This document shows, piece after piece, positions 37,060 to 46,955 of a stretch of DNA of 64,000 nt. The DNA lies in the NCBI GenBank assembly GCA_051546255.1, contig CP128819.1, positions 868,001 to 932,000 of the forward strand. Reading direction: 5' to 3'. Position 1 is the stretch's first letter. Each line of letters opens with the position of its first letter. This DNA is from Meyerozyma guilliermondii. Taxonomy: Eukaryota. Made by a program: the position numbers and the translations under genes. The notes below the pieces were generated by a model. It worked only from the letters and a program-made list of their open reading frames with translations. It did no database searches and had not been told where the DNA came from.

Positions 37060-37749
37060 TCATATCTGTCCACTCATATACAACCCCTTGATGCTTCGTA
37101 TTTCGTTGGTGACTTCCAGCACATAATTTTTTCTTCTCAAAGTTCCTGTAGTCTTGTTCTCCGCTTGGCCAATGAAAAGATCATCAAACATGTCCAGATC
37201 CGACTTGCTCTGAAACTCTTTGACCAAGTTCAGTACAAGTTTATAATTGGGCATTTCTCCCACTTGGTACGCGTGACAATCCAGAAGCCTACTGAGTAAC
37301 TGGTTGAGTTTACTGGTCAATTTTCCCTGGCGTAACCGGTCGTTTTTGTTACGTTCTTCCTCCACCTCTTCGTCTGTTTTTGTGTTTAGGGAAATGTGTG
37401 ATTGGGGAGTTTGGCAAACTGCATCAGCATATAATTTGCCCGATCCATCGTTTTTGTTAATGGCAACTATTGGTATATAGGTGACTTTTTCCACTAATTT
37501 CAAGTAACAGTCACGCAATTTACCACGATAAAACTCCAAAAGTTCTAATCTCCTCGCTGCTGTAGTTTCAAGGAGCGGTTTAAGTCCAAAATATCCAATC
37601 AAATATGCCATCGTCAAAGCTATAGCCGAACCATGGGTAAGTTTCACAAGATATACAAAGAGCTGTGACCTCTTACGCGTTTGTCCTGCTGCCAAATACG
37701 CAGAAACATCGTAGGCAGACTCCGGAATCGTCAAAATGGGTACACTCAT
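37060..37749 (-). CDS. PEX17: Peroxin Pex17
   Basis: Single TM, LKPLLE, YADAVCQT, C-terminal EIRSIKGLYMSGQI; lies between IES2 and RRG9 as in S. cerevisiae. Confidence 0.78.
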   Translation of the reverse strand: MSVPILTIPESAYDVSAYLAAGQTRKRSQLFVYLVKLTHGSAIALTMAYLIGYFGLKPLLETTAARRLELLEFYRGKLRDCYLKLVEKVTYIPIVAINKNDGSGKLYADAVCQTPQSHISLNTKTDEEVEEERNKNDRLRQGKLTSKLNQLLSRLLDCHAYQVGEMPNYKLVLNLVKEFQSKSDLDMFDDLFIGQAENKTTGTLRRKNYVLEVTNEIRSIKGLYMSGQI

Positions 37750-37833
37750 GATAATGAGAATCTGGGGTATCCGAGGTTTATATCTTCAGGTTGTGTGCAG
37801 GTTCGTTTATATACAGTATATCTTCTTAAGGTG

Positions 37834-38424
37834 CTACTCTAGTACATCTCCCACCGAGGGCACGTACGGCTGGTGTGAATCATGGTCGTGCTGCGTTTGC
37901 TGTGTCTTCTGGCCTTGGTGCTGTCTTGGTTTGCGCTGCCTTGGGTTTCGCGGTCGAATCGCGCTCGTGCGTGCGTCCTCGACTATTCCGGTCACAGGCT
38001 GCATACGCAGATGGGCTTGCTTGAGGTTGTCTATTTGCTGCTGCCTTCGTTGCGCGCTCTTGTTTTTCGCTGATTGTGCTCTCGCGGCCAATCTTGCTTC
38101 TTCTTCTTCTGTGGGCGTCCACTTTGATTGCAAAATGCGACGAATGGCCTCCGGCAGCACCTTGAACAAATTGGCAAAATCAATGGTTTTCATATGTGGC
38201 ATTTGTTGCTTCAAGCTTCGTAGATCTTGCATCTGAGCCCGTGAAAGTCGTTTAGTGGGATTCCAATTTCCATACCGTTTTCGATGGGCTTTTTCTCTTT
38301 TTTGCCATTCTGGTAGCTGGCTTGATTGCTGTGAATCTTGTTTAATTGGGGCAGGCGTCGGGCGCGGCTTAGAGTAGAATCTACATAGCGACAATCCTCG
38401 CCTTAGATTACGCAACCCAAACAT
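37834..38424 (-). CDS. RRG9: Mitochondrial neugrin-family protein Rrg9
   Basis: Basic presequence, LPEWQKR, WNPTKRLSR, FKV[S]PEAIRRILQSKWTP. Confidence 0.88.
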   Translation of the reverse strand: MFGLRNLRRGLSLCRFYSKPRPTPAPIKQDSQQSSQLPEWQKREKAHRKRYGNWNPTKRLSRAQMQDLRSLKQQMPHMKTIDFANLFKVLPEAIRRILQSKWTPTEEEEARLAARAQSAKNKSAQRRQQQIDNLKQAHLRMQPVTGIVEDARTSAIRPRNPRQRKPRQHQGQKTQQTQHDHDSHQPYVPSVGDVLE

Positions 38425-38748
38425 ATGCGGCCTGCTGATCTGCAATGTACTGTTAGTTCTGCAATCCTAGCTGACTGCAAATGCAATGCGATGCGGTTGC
38501 ATGCAGTATACTCGACAAATCTTCTGCTTATGTAAGCGTCCACATTTCTCCTCCACTTTCAGACTCCAATTCTCAGCAGGTCACACATTTATAAGCTGTT
38601 CTTCCTCGCTATTCCTTTTCTTTCTAGATTTGTTTTTTTTTCTTCAAAACTCTCATTGCTACATTTTACCCATACCCCACCAAAACAATAGTCCTGCACA
38701 GTGCTCAGGCCACCTCCTCATCTTTGATTTGATAACCGTTAATTAGCC

Positions 38749-41151
38749 ATGAATTTTCTTAGAAAGTTTTTGGGCAGTTCGCCCACTGGAGAAGTGGCTT
38801 CTTTACCTTCCGGAAAGCTCTTTTTGACGCGGTCGCCACTGTCACCTAAAGGCGAATTCGAATGCTTATATAATGATGCCTATGCTAGTATTCGTCAAAC
38901 CACCACCCCATTCTACTATCAGCTTTGCATTACAAGGGTGTACCAAGAGGGTGAAGATCTTGCTGGCGGAAACTATGAAGACTCGGATGACGACGATGGC
39001 TTTGACTCTTCGGATTCTGCGAAAAACTCCTCGTTGGGTGGTCATTCGAAAGATGAGTGGAGTTTTGCAATCATGGAAGATCTTCAATTGAGACGGTATG
39101 AAAAACCAGACTCGTCTAGGGTGATTGCTTGGAAGGATATCAATGGCGACGCGGACGATATGTTTGAGTTTGTTATCGATGAAGACTGCAAGTCTCAAGA
39201 AATTGACTCTTTTATGCTCGCTCTTTACAAATGCGTCTTTGAACTGAAATACCGCATTAGTTCTGAGATCATTACGTCAATGGACCAGCTTTCGGAATTC
39301 AATAAGGCTCTGCCAGTACACAGCACCGACCATGGATTGTCGGAGTTGAAAAATCACCAAATAACTTCCAATCCTGAAACAGAATCGGAGTCCGAATCGG
39401 ATACAAAAGGAGCTCCAGTTGCGCCCGCTCCTAAAGGCAATATCATCTATACTACGTCTGTTGTGGAACTTCATTTGTTTGATGCTCAAGATAGCAAGTT
39501 TAAACTTCAATTGCCGTCGTCTAATGTTACACTTGACATAATTCATGGTGATGGATTCAAGTATTATGTCAGTGTATCCAGTCGTGACAGTTCTAAACCC
39601 ATCACATTCGATACCATCATCGACAAGACCATGAACCCCACATTTAATTACAACTTTTTGTCGTTCATCTTCAACTTGCATGTAATGCGAGACAATATTA
39701 TGTGTCCGTTCTCGTGGCTCGTCAAGTTTCCTACGTTTAATGAGTTGCTGGTGTTCCAAAACCACTTTATGCGTGCATTGTGGGAATCAGTAAATAAAAC
39801 TCAGTGGAATAAGGTTACGGAGTCCGAACAACAGTACGTTGTTGATGCTTTCTCCAACATCAATTTAGACGAAGAGTCTGAATTTGAGACGGCTGATTCA
39901 GGTGATGAGTTTGACGATGCAACCGAAGACGCAGATATTGACGACAAGATTGAGCGTACTCTTCGTGGACCATCTACCGAAAAGAAACTTTTCGTGGACT
40001 CAGATGACGAATTTGGAGATAAAGATGGTGATAAATCCTATGCTGAGTTCCGTAACCAGAAGAATGCTAATAGTGAACTCGCGGTGGGTATGGCTAATGA
40101 CAGAACTTTTGTCGCTCGAGGTAACACTTTGGGAGTATTCACAAACCGGGACAAATTACAATTTGAAACCACAATCAATGGCTTGGAGACGCTCGATGGA
40201 AAGACACTTGAAGCCAAGAATATGATGCTTCATCAACAAGATCAGAACATGATCATGTCTGGAGCCGGTGACAAGCTCTACAAGATGGATTTGAACAGAG
40301 GTAAGGTGATTGAAGAGTGGAATGTTTCCGACAAGGAGCCGGTTGTGACGTATGGCCCCAATTCCAAATTCTCGCAGTTGACAAACGAACAAACTTTTAC
40401 TGGTATCTCGGCTAATGGTATGTTCCGAGTTGATCCCAGACTTTCAGGAAGCAAGCTCGTCAAGGATAATCACAAGGTTTACAAAACCACCAATAACAAG
40501 TTTCTGTCGTTCACGACTACTGAAGACGGGTACATGGCAGTTGCTACTGCTAATGGAGATATTCGTCTTTATGACAAACTAGGGGGCAATGCAAAGAGCA
40601 AGTTACCATCGTTAGGAGATCCGATTATTGGAATCGATACATCGAAGGATGGAAGGTGGATCTTGGCCACCTGTTCCAACTATTTGTTGTTGATAGACGC
40701 CATGGTTGGTAGAGGGCAAAAGAATGCTAATTCTCTCGGATACGTCAAGTACTTTGATCAGGACAAAAAACCAGTGCCTCGGCGGTTGACGATTAAACCA
40801 GAAGATGAAGCATTTATGAATATGGAGACAAAGGGTAAACCGGTGCAATTTACCAAGGCGTATTTTAACACTGGAAAAGACACCAAGGAGACCACAATTG
40901 TCACTTCGAGTGGACCGTATGTCTTTACGTGGTCGCTCTCCAAAGTGTTACGGACGAAGAAAGACAACCAAGTTTATCGGGTCAAAAGATATCCTAATCC
41001 TGTTGTTGCCGATAATTTCAAATTTGGAAGTAATACCGATGTCATTATTGCATTGGATAACGAAGTTTCGATGATTAAGAAGAGCAAACTTTCCAAAGCC
41101 GACAAAGATTCCTTGACGGATCCCAATAATGTTGTGAAGAGTGAATGGTAG
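38749..41151 (+). CDS. VID27: Vacuolar import and degradation protein Vid27
   Basis: PSGKLFLTRSP, LYKMDLNRGKVIEEW, GDIRLYD, DGRWILATC, DNFKFG. Confidence 0.93.
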   Translation: MNFLRKFLGSSPTGEVASLPSGKLFLTRSPLSPKGEFECLYNDAYASIRQTTTPFYYQLCITRVYQEGEDLAGGNYEDSDDDDGFDSSDSAKNSSLGGHSKDEWSFAIMEDLQLRRYEKPDSSRVIAWKDINGDADDMFEFVIDEDCKSQEIDSFMLALYKCVFELKYRISSEIITSMDQLSEFNKALPVHSTDHGLSELKNHQITSNPETESESESDTKGAPVAPAPKGNIIYTTSVVELHLFDAQDSKFKLQLPSSNVTLDIIHGDGFKYYVSVSSRDSSKPITFDTIIDKTMNPTFNYNFLSFIFNLHVMRDNIMCPFSWLVKFPTFNELLVFQNHFMRALWESVNKTQWNKVTESEQQYVVDAFSNINLDEESEFETADSGDEFDDATEDADIDDKIERTLRGPSTEKKLFVDSDDEFGDKDGDKSYAEFRNQKNANSELAVGMANDRTFVARGNTLGVFTNRDKLQFETTINGLETLDGKTLEAKNMMLHQQDQNMIMSGAGDKLYKMDLNRGKVIEEWNVSDKEPVVTYGPNSKFSQLTNEQTFTGISANGMFRVDPRLSGSKLVKDNHKVYKTTNNKFLSFTTTEDGYMAVATANGDIRLYDKLGGNAKSKLPSLGDPIIGIDTSKDGRWILATCSNYLLLIDAMVGRGQKNANSLGYVKYFDQDKKPVPRRLTIKPEDEAFMNMETKGKPVQFTKAYFNTGKDTKETTIVTSSGPYVFTWSLSKVLRTKKDNQVYRVKRYPNPVVADNFKFGSNTDVIIALDNEVSMIKKSKLSKADKDSLTDPNNVVKSEW

Positions 41152-41345
41152 ACCTAATAGTTAGAACAGAAGGCACCCAAGCTATGAAAAAGAAAGGTAC
41201 TTCATAGTTGGAAGAGGAAGGTTACCTAATAGTTGGAAGAGAAGCACCCATTAGTTGGAAGAGAAAGGTACCTAATGTAAGGGAGGTTCCTAATAGTGAA
41301 GACGGTACCCAATAGTTGGTACCTAATAGTTGGTAATAGTGAGGA
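41151..41345. repeat. Degenerate ~23-25 bp minisatellite (GGTACCTAATAGTTGGAAGAGAA-like), ~8 copies
   Basis: Visible between the convergent VID27 and MRX7 stops. Confidence 0.8.
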
Positions 41346-41376
41346 GTAATGTATTGATGTATAGAATATAAATAAT

Positions 41377-41619
41377 TCACCAAATTTTGAACGTTCGTTT
41401 CAACTCGTCTACCCAGATAATCCGGAATGCATTCATCTTGTGGAGCCTGGTTGGAGTATACGTCAGGGCATCCATAGATTTTGTAGGTTCGTGTTCGGCC
41501 TGGTACGGTATTCGATTTACCCTTGCGTGGATTCGGCGCACCCAGTTGTTGAATGCAGGCGAGTCCACGAGAAGGTAGTAGAAATACTCCTGGAGGGAAC
41601 GGGGCGGCGGCCTAGGCAT
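41377..41619 (-). CDS. MRX7: Small mitochondrial MIOREX component Mrx7
   Basis: PPRSLQEYFYYLLVDSPAFNNWVRRIHARVN...YTPT...AFRIIWVDELKRTF resembles recalled YNL211C; adjacent to VID27. Confidence 0.85.
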   Translation of the reverse strand: MPRPPPRSLQEYFYYLLVDSPAFNNWVRRIHARVNRIPYQAEHEPTKSMDALTYTPTRLHKMNAFRIIWVDELKRTFKIW

Positions 41620-41719
41620 TAAAGATGTATGTGATGCATGCAGCAAACCGGATATCGATGTTCCTGCAGGCAGGCGCGCACCCTGTGAAGTTCGCGCACA
41701 GAAACCGCCACGACGACAA

Positions 41720-41833
41720 ATGATTAGTGACGATCAGTTGAACAGCATAACGTTGACGTTTGGGTTTGCGTCCATTGTGTTGATATTGGTGTACCATGCG
41801 ATCCTGACCAACATGAATGCATATAGGAGTTAA
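41720..41833 (+). CDS. OST4: Oligosaccharyltransferase subunit Ost4 (37 aa; below the ORF-track cutoff)
   Basis: MISDDQLNSITLTFGFASIVLILVYHAISTNMNAYRS versus Ost4 MISDEQLNSLAITFG...LIVIYHAV. Confidence 0.93.
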   Translation: MISDDQLNSITLTFGFASIVLILVYHAILTNMNAYRS

Positions 41834-43032
41834 TAAATGAGATGACGACGAACAGTAGGTGATTAGATGATGATTACGAGAGTGAAGAGGAATGAAGATG
41901 TAAATGAGGACGTGAATAAAGACGAATGAGAGAGTTTGGAATAGATCAAGAGACTTGAAAGCAAAGCTTTGAAGAGATGAGTGGTTCTTGGGATTTTGAG
42001 GAATTTGGGCTTTGGTGCATTTTGATGATTTTGGATTGTAAGCTGTCGAATCTGGGCACCATTTCTAATCTGCCGTTTACCGATCTGCGGTGCATAACCA
42101 TCAGTGGGGTTACGCAGAGGAGTTGCAGCCGGTAAGTGTCAACATACATATTGTTCACATGCGCATCGGCGGTGACGTATCTTATCGGAGGAAATAAAGC
42201 GGGGGTCTCATTTGAGGGGAAATTCAGGGACCATTAGCCACGGAAACCTAAACCTTAACTTCTTTGCGTTGATCTTCTCTTTTAGCAAATTACAAGTCGA
42301 CGATCCACCGTAAATCTTATGCATGTGCTTGTCGCAACACACACCTTTTTTTTTAACCAGCAGATTCAGGACCCCGCGGTGATCTTTGATGCACAAGTAC
42401 TCTGCATCTCCGATCGTTAGAATACGTAAGCGTACCCGAACAACAACAATAAAAAAAAATTACGGTGAAAAAAAATAAAAAATTTCCCAAAATCGAGCAC
42501 ATCAACTACAACAAGATCTTAGATCAACCACCCAACTTACCATCTGCTATTCCATGGCTCGATCATTGCATATCCTCACCTCACGCAATATGTATTTGAT
42601 ATGCATGGGCCAAGATATGGGCTAGTTTAAGCGAGATATCTGCACGTAGCACTAAGGTTTATCCCGTTGGTTATGCACCACCTGCATGCCCTATATCTAT
42701 ATGCCGTACGTAGTCATTCAGATGCACTTTTGTGCGCATTTATTGCGCGACACCAGCGTTACCTGCATTAAAAAAAAAGTGTGGAGAAACAGCATCTGCC
42801 CCTCCTTTGCATTATATTAGTGTGGAAAATTTTGCAGTAAAAATTTATTTGCCATCATTGATTCACAATCATCTTTGCCACCACTTGTCTCCACTGTGGC
42901 TTTAATATCCCGATTGCACATCCAACCACCAGAGATCCCACCGAATAGATAAGGTGTTCCTCGGAGTCGGCTATCGTTTGTTTTGAACCCCCAAAATATT
43001 TTTGTTGCACTCCAGACCACCGGTGGCGGTAC

Positions 43033-43782
43033 ATGTCCATTCCATCCCTAGACGATGTCCTCCACGATCGTAGCACCTCTCCTTACACAAAACCCCATTT
43101 TGCCCAATTTCTCTCGTCGGTCCACTGTCTTGAAAATTTGGAATTTGTGTTGGAAGTGTCTCAGTATATCGATTTAGTGGAGGCCAACAACCTTACATCC
43201 CATCCCAATTTATGGGTGTCCATCCGGCGCACGTTTATCGTGGAAGATGCCGCCAAAGAAATCAATCTTCCTTATGATATCAGAAACAAATTATCCACTA
43301 TAAATCACCCGGAATTGTGCTGTGTCAAACGAGCACGCCAAATCATTCACGAGATTCTCCTTGACTTGTATAACGAGTTCGCAAAGCGTGTCACAGTCAC
43401 CTGGGACCCCAGATATTCGGCGTCGCTAGAAGTGACGCTGCGCCGCGCTCTGGAAATAATTTCGCCAGAGAGCGACCACCTGCCACTTGTCCAGGTAATT
43501 CCCCGGTCGGGGTCATTTTCATACTATGATGAAACCGCCCGTGTACGCCAACAACAACTATCTCCTTCGACCGATTCCGACGTTATTATTTTTGACGAAG
43601 AAGCGGAAATCGGGTTGGACAAAAGCCGCAACAATAGCACCGGATCCACGTCGCTGTCACGAGGATCGTCCATTGGCTCGTTGGTGGACTCGTTGAAAAA
43701 CAACGATATGATGAATTGGCGGAAGGCTGTTCGCAAGTTCAAGTTGCGGCGCTTTCTGAATGAAGAACCTCAACGCCCATAG
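43033..43782 (+). CDS. RGS2: Regulator of G-protein signalling (RGS domain)
   Basis: IPSLDDVL...SPYT..HFAQFLSSVHCLENLEF, AKEINLP, Ser-rich tail. Confidence 0.8.
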   Translation: MSIPSLDDVLHDRSTSPYTKPHFAQFLSSVHCLENLEFVLEVSQYIDLVEANNLTSHPNLWVSIRRTFIVEDAAKEINLPYDIRNKLSTINHPELCCVKRARQIIHEILLDLYNEFAKRVTVTWDPRYSASLEVTLRRALEIISPESDHLPLVQVIPRSGSFSYYDETARVRQQQLSPSTDSDVIIFDEEAEIGLDKSRNNSTGSTSLSRGSSIGSLVDSLKNNDMMNWRKAVRKFKLRRFLNEEPQRP

Positions 43783-43930
43783 GGCTCATGACTTATAGAC
43801 TTATAGACGATAGATATGAGATGAATGTACTAATTTACAAGCGAATGATGCAAAAGATGTAAAATACAAATTGTACCACTAGAAGAGTAAATTTGTATCA
43901 AGTTGTCTACAAATATCAGATCGCATATCT

Positions 43931-44875
43931 CTATATTCCAGATCGAGCTCGTTCCTTGAGCATCTTTAGCTCATTATCGGATTTTTCACTTCCTTTCTCT
44001 ATAATAAGGGTACGAAGAATTCTATTCTCCACCTCCAATTGTTGGATTTTGTTTTCAAATTGTTTTATTGATTGATTGAGATTGGAGATTTTATCTTCCA
44101 TCTGCTTCTCCTTCATCTTTTTCTTGATTCTAAATCGTGCCGAAGCCGCCGTATTGCGCCTGCGTTTATCAAACTCGGACGCATTGTCTTCTTGATTTGA
44201 AAATGGCGTTTGTGGTGTAGGAGTTTCAAACATGGTTGTTGATTCTGATTTGATACTGATGGCATCATCAGATTGTAACAGGTTATGTTGTCTGACGGGA
44301 GATTGGTACTGAAGATTCCTCAAGTTCATAGACGACGATTGCCCCATCATTTCAGGATCTCCACCAGCATTTTCGGGATTTATACCATACACCTGGTTTC
44401 CCTGCGAATGCTGATGTTGTGCTATCAAAGCCGATAGAAGATCGATTTGATTTTGCGATAATCCCGCCGATTCCAACGAAGATTTTGCTCCTGGCGGAAC
44501 CGGAAACTTGGGGAGCAGAGAAAGATTGATATTGCCAAGAACATTATTCTTGTTCGCACCAGTGCCAGCACCAGTATTGTATTGTGCATCTATCGGTGAT
44601 ATGTCAAGTGGGTTCATATGTGGATCTGGGGCACCAAAATTGTGATCGAAATCATTCTGGTCACCGCTCGGTCCTTCATCTTTGGGTTTATCTTCATCTG
44701 GAAAGATGAACGAGTCGTCAGCAAACGCAGCAAGGTCGATTGAAAGTTGACCATCCATATCCAAGTTTGGAGTTTGATCACCAGCAGTAGAATTCGACCC
44801 TGAATTGATAAAATTATCAATATAAACCAACTGCTCCAATAAGGCAGCAGAGGTTTGATTTTTATCCTTTTCCAT
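43931..44875 (-). CDS. MET4: bZIP transcriptional activator of sulfur metabolism
   Basis: Met4 activation motifs LLEQLVYIDNF and DLAAFADDSFIFPDEDKP; C-terminal bZIP KRRRNTAASARFRIKKK. Confidence 0.88.
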   Translation of the reverse strand: MEKDKNQTSAALLEQLVYIDNFINSGSNSTAGDQTPNLDMDGQLSIDLAAFADDSFIFPDEDKPKDEGPSGDQNDFDHNFGAPDPHMNPLDISPIDAQYNTGAGTGANKNNVLGNINLSLLPKFPVPPGAKSSLESAGLSQNQIDLLSALIAQHQHSQGNQVYGINPENAGGDPEMMGQSSSMNLRNLQYQSPVRQHNLLQSDDAISIKSESTTMFETPTPQTPFSNQEDNASEFDKRRRNTAASARFRIKKKMKEKQMEDKISNLNQSIKQFENKIQQLEVENRILRTLIIEKGSEKSDNELKMLKERARSGI

Positions 44876-45056
44876 CGGTTACACTATGAATGCGAGGTGG
44901 TAACAAGTGGGGCCAAAAAATGGGCCAAGAAAGTGGAAATTAAACACAGTAAATCGCCAAGAAACAAACTCGGTACAAATGGGGGTTTCAAGGTACAAAG
45001 AATTTGGAAGGTTAGATGGCTTCAATGTTAATAGTTGCCAGAACTATCACCGCATA

Positions 45057-45230
45057 TCACGTGGAGATGGCGCGCCATAGTGTGGCTGATTATCTCAGCG
45101 CGGCCACGGCCGTTATCGAGCAGCGAGCCGTGAGCGTAGCGATCGGTTCGCGCGGCTAGCGTAGGGGCAACGAGGGGCCACGAACGTAGGAGCGACGAGC
45201 GTAGCGATCAGATCGCGAGATTGGCCACAG
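45057..45230. promoter_or_regulatory. Cbf1 + Met31/32-type sites in the MET4 promoter
   Basis: TCACGTG 45057-45063, TGTGGC 45081-45086, GCCACAG 45224-45230. Confidence 0.6.
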
Positions 45231-45651
45231 CGTGCCGTGAGCTCACAGAATATGATAAATTGGTTGAGATAAATTTAGGCTTTTTCAACTAATGAGCTAT
45301 CTTTGCCAGGAGCTATAATCAAAGCCGATTCTTGACACCTCGGCGATTATATTTGACAGTCTCTCGGTGATTAGTGATGTAATGAGCCAAAGCCCTCTGT
45401 CTTCTCCTTATGTATTCATAAATCATAGATCGCTGCGACGCAGCCTTTTATATGTGAATATGTACCTGGTCACGATTTGCAACCACTTGCACTGGAAATT
45501 ACGCCAGCTCTAATGTCCCTGTATCCTTTGGTCCTGCAATGCGCGAGCAATCTGCAGCCTACTCATATTGCACTCAATATTCTGCAACCGTTCTGCAACT
45601 TCTCATAATTTGCATCTGCATTCTGCAACCGTCCTGCGGTCCTGCCGCTAC

Positions 45652-45909
45652 TCACGCTGCGCCGCCAACTTTGGCCCTCGTGAGAGGCAGCTGGTGCACC
45701 ACCTTCAAGCGGTACTCGGCAAACGTTCTGAAAGAGTTGCCGTGAGTTGGTTTCCACCGTCCTGTCAATGAAACGGCTTGATTTTCCACACTGGATCCTA
45801 AACCCGTGGCCGATTCACTTGCAGCTCCTACGGCATTGTTAATCAAGTTGTAGGCCGTGGAAGGCTTCTTATTGAAAAGAACTTTCGATACTGTTGAAAA
45901 GCTACGCAT
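45652..45909 (-). CDS. Small mitochondrial protein, Dpi8 (YJL133C-A)-like, 85 aa
   Basis: Presequence-like MRSFSTVSKVLF; GNSFRTFAEYRLKVVHQSPL resembles recalled Dpi8 GNSFNSFKEYRENAKTYGPL. Confidence 0.7.
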   Translation of the reverse strand: MRSFSTVSKVLFNKKPSTAYNLINNAVGAASESATGLGSSVENQAVSLTGRWKPTHGNSFRTFAEYRLKVVHQLPLTRAKVGGAA

Positions 45910-46832
45910 AGATGAAGAAAAAAAATTTTTCGGGCTTTCGATTCTTATAGCATGTGGCGGGGGCCGATTTCCGCGCCGGTGCCAATGGTGTGATCGCGAT
46001 AACCACGGCACGTGCGGGCGGTTTCCCCGATCTGAAAGTGTGCGTAATGTCGAAGGTGCGTGGTGCGAACTGTGCGAAAGTGTGCGAAACTGCGCAAATA
46101 TGTGGTGCTATCCTTGGGAATTAAATGCCGGCGAGAGGTGCGAGCGATGAGTGGGAAGACTTGATGGGAACAAAATCGGGAAAATAAAAAACCGGTAAGA
46201 CAATAGAAAATAAGAATAGAAATAAATGAGAAATCATCAAATACGAAATTTACTAGTCAATCTCAGAAAATAGATACAAATTCTTCTACAAGTTCCTCTT
46301 TCAATCACCCGTCCATAAAACACCTTTATCTCAATTCTCAACTCTCAACCTAAAATTTCAACTCAACTCTCAATTCTCGCAATCTCACCACTGTCTCTGC
46401 GATGACTCAACGCCGATACCGCGCTCGCTTGGCACATGCAGGTTCGGCGTTTGAACACCGCAGACCTCGGAGTCTTGTCCGCCGAAATGCTCAGATTTCT
46501 CGCCATTGGGCAGCTTCAGCACCCTAAAAAAACTTAAGGGGACAACTCCACCCATGTGCAAACACCTCATTTCCTCAATTCCTCTAAATCTCATACGCTT
46601 CACTTCCATTCTCCATGTCGTTTTTCGCTATTTCGGAGTACACCGCGGCGCGCGCTCGTAACCCTGATATCGCATCGGCAGCCAATCATCCGGCCGTTCG
46701 GGATGCGTCGCCGTGGGGAACTTGCATCGTTATGCAAGGCCCTTGAGTATAAATAAGTCGCACTGGCCAATTGGTAAATTTTTGCTAGGTTTAATTTCCA
46801 ATTGTTGTCAGGTATACTGGCGGGTTACTAGG

Positions 46833-46940
46833 CTTATCTGAGAGGGGAAATTGCTGCTGATAAGGTGCGATAAAATCATATAAAAGCTTCTTATCCTTTA
46901 AGTTTTTACCCTTTTTTACCTTTATTACCCTTTTTACCTT
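46833..46940. promoter_or_regulatory. PYC promoter: GATA cluster, TATA box and TTTTTACC(C/T) repeats
   Basis: CTTATC 46833, GATAAG 46859, GATAAA 46869, TATAAAA 46879, CTTATC 46890; four ~10-bp TTTTACC units at 46903-46940. Confidence 0.5.
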
Positions 46941-46955
46941 TCAATCCAGTTTTTC

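Noticed and set aside
38439..38512. Possible intron upstream of RRG9 (AACTAAC...TGCAG on the minus strand)
   Set aside because: No canonical donor found (best GTATAC/GTCAGC), and the ORF is complete from ATG 38424.
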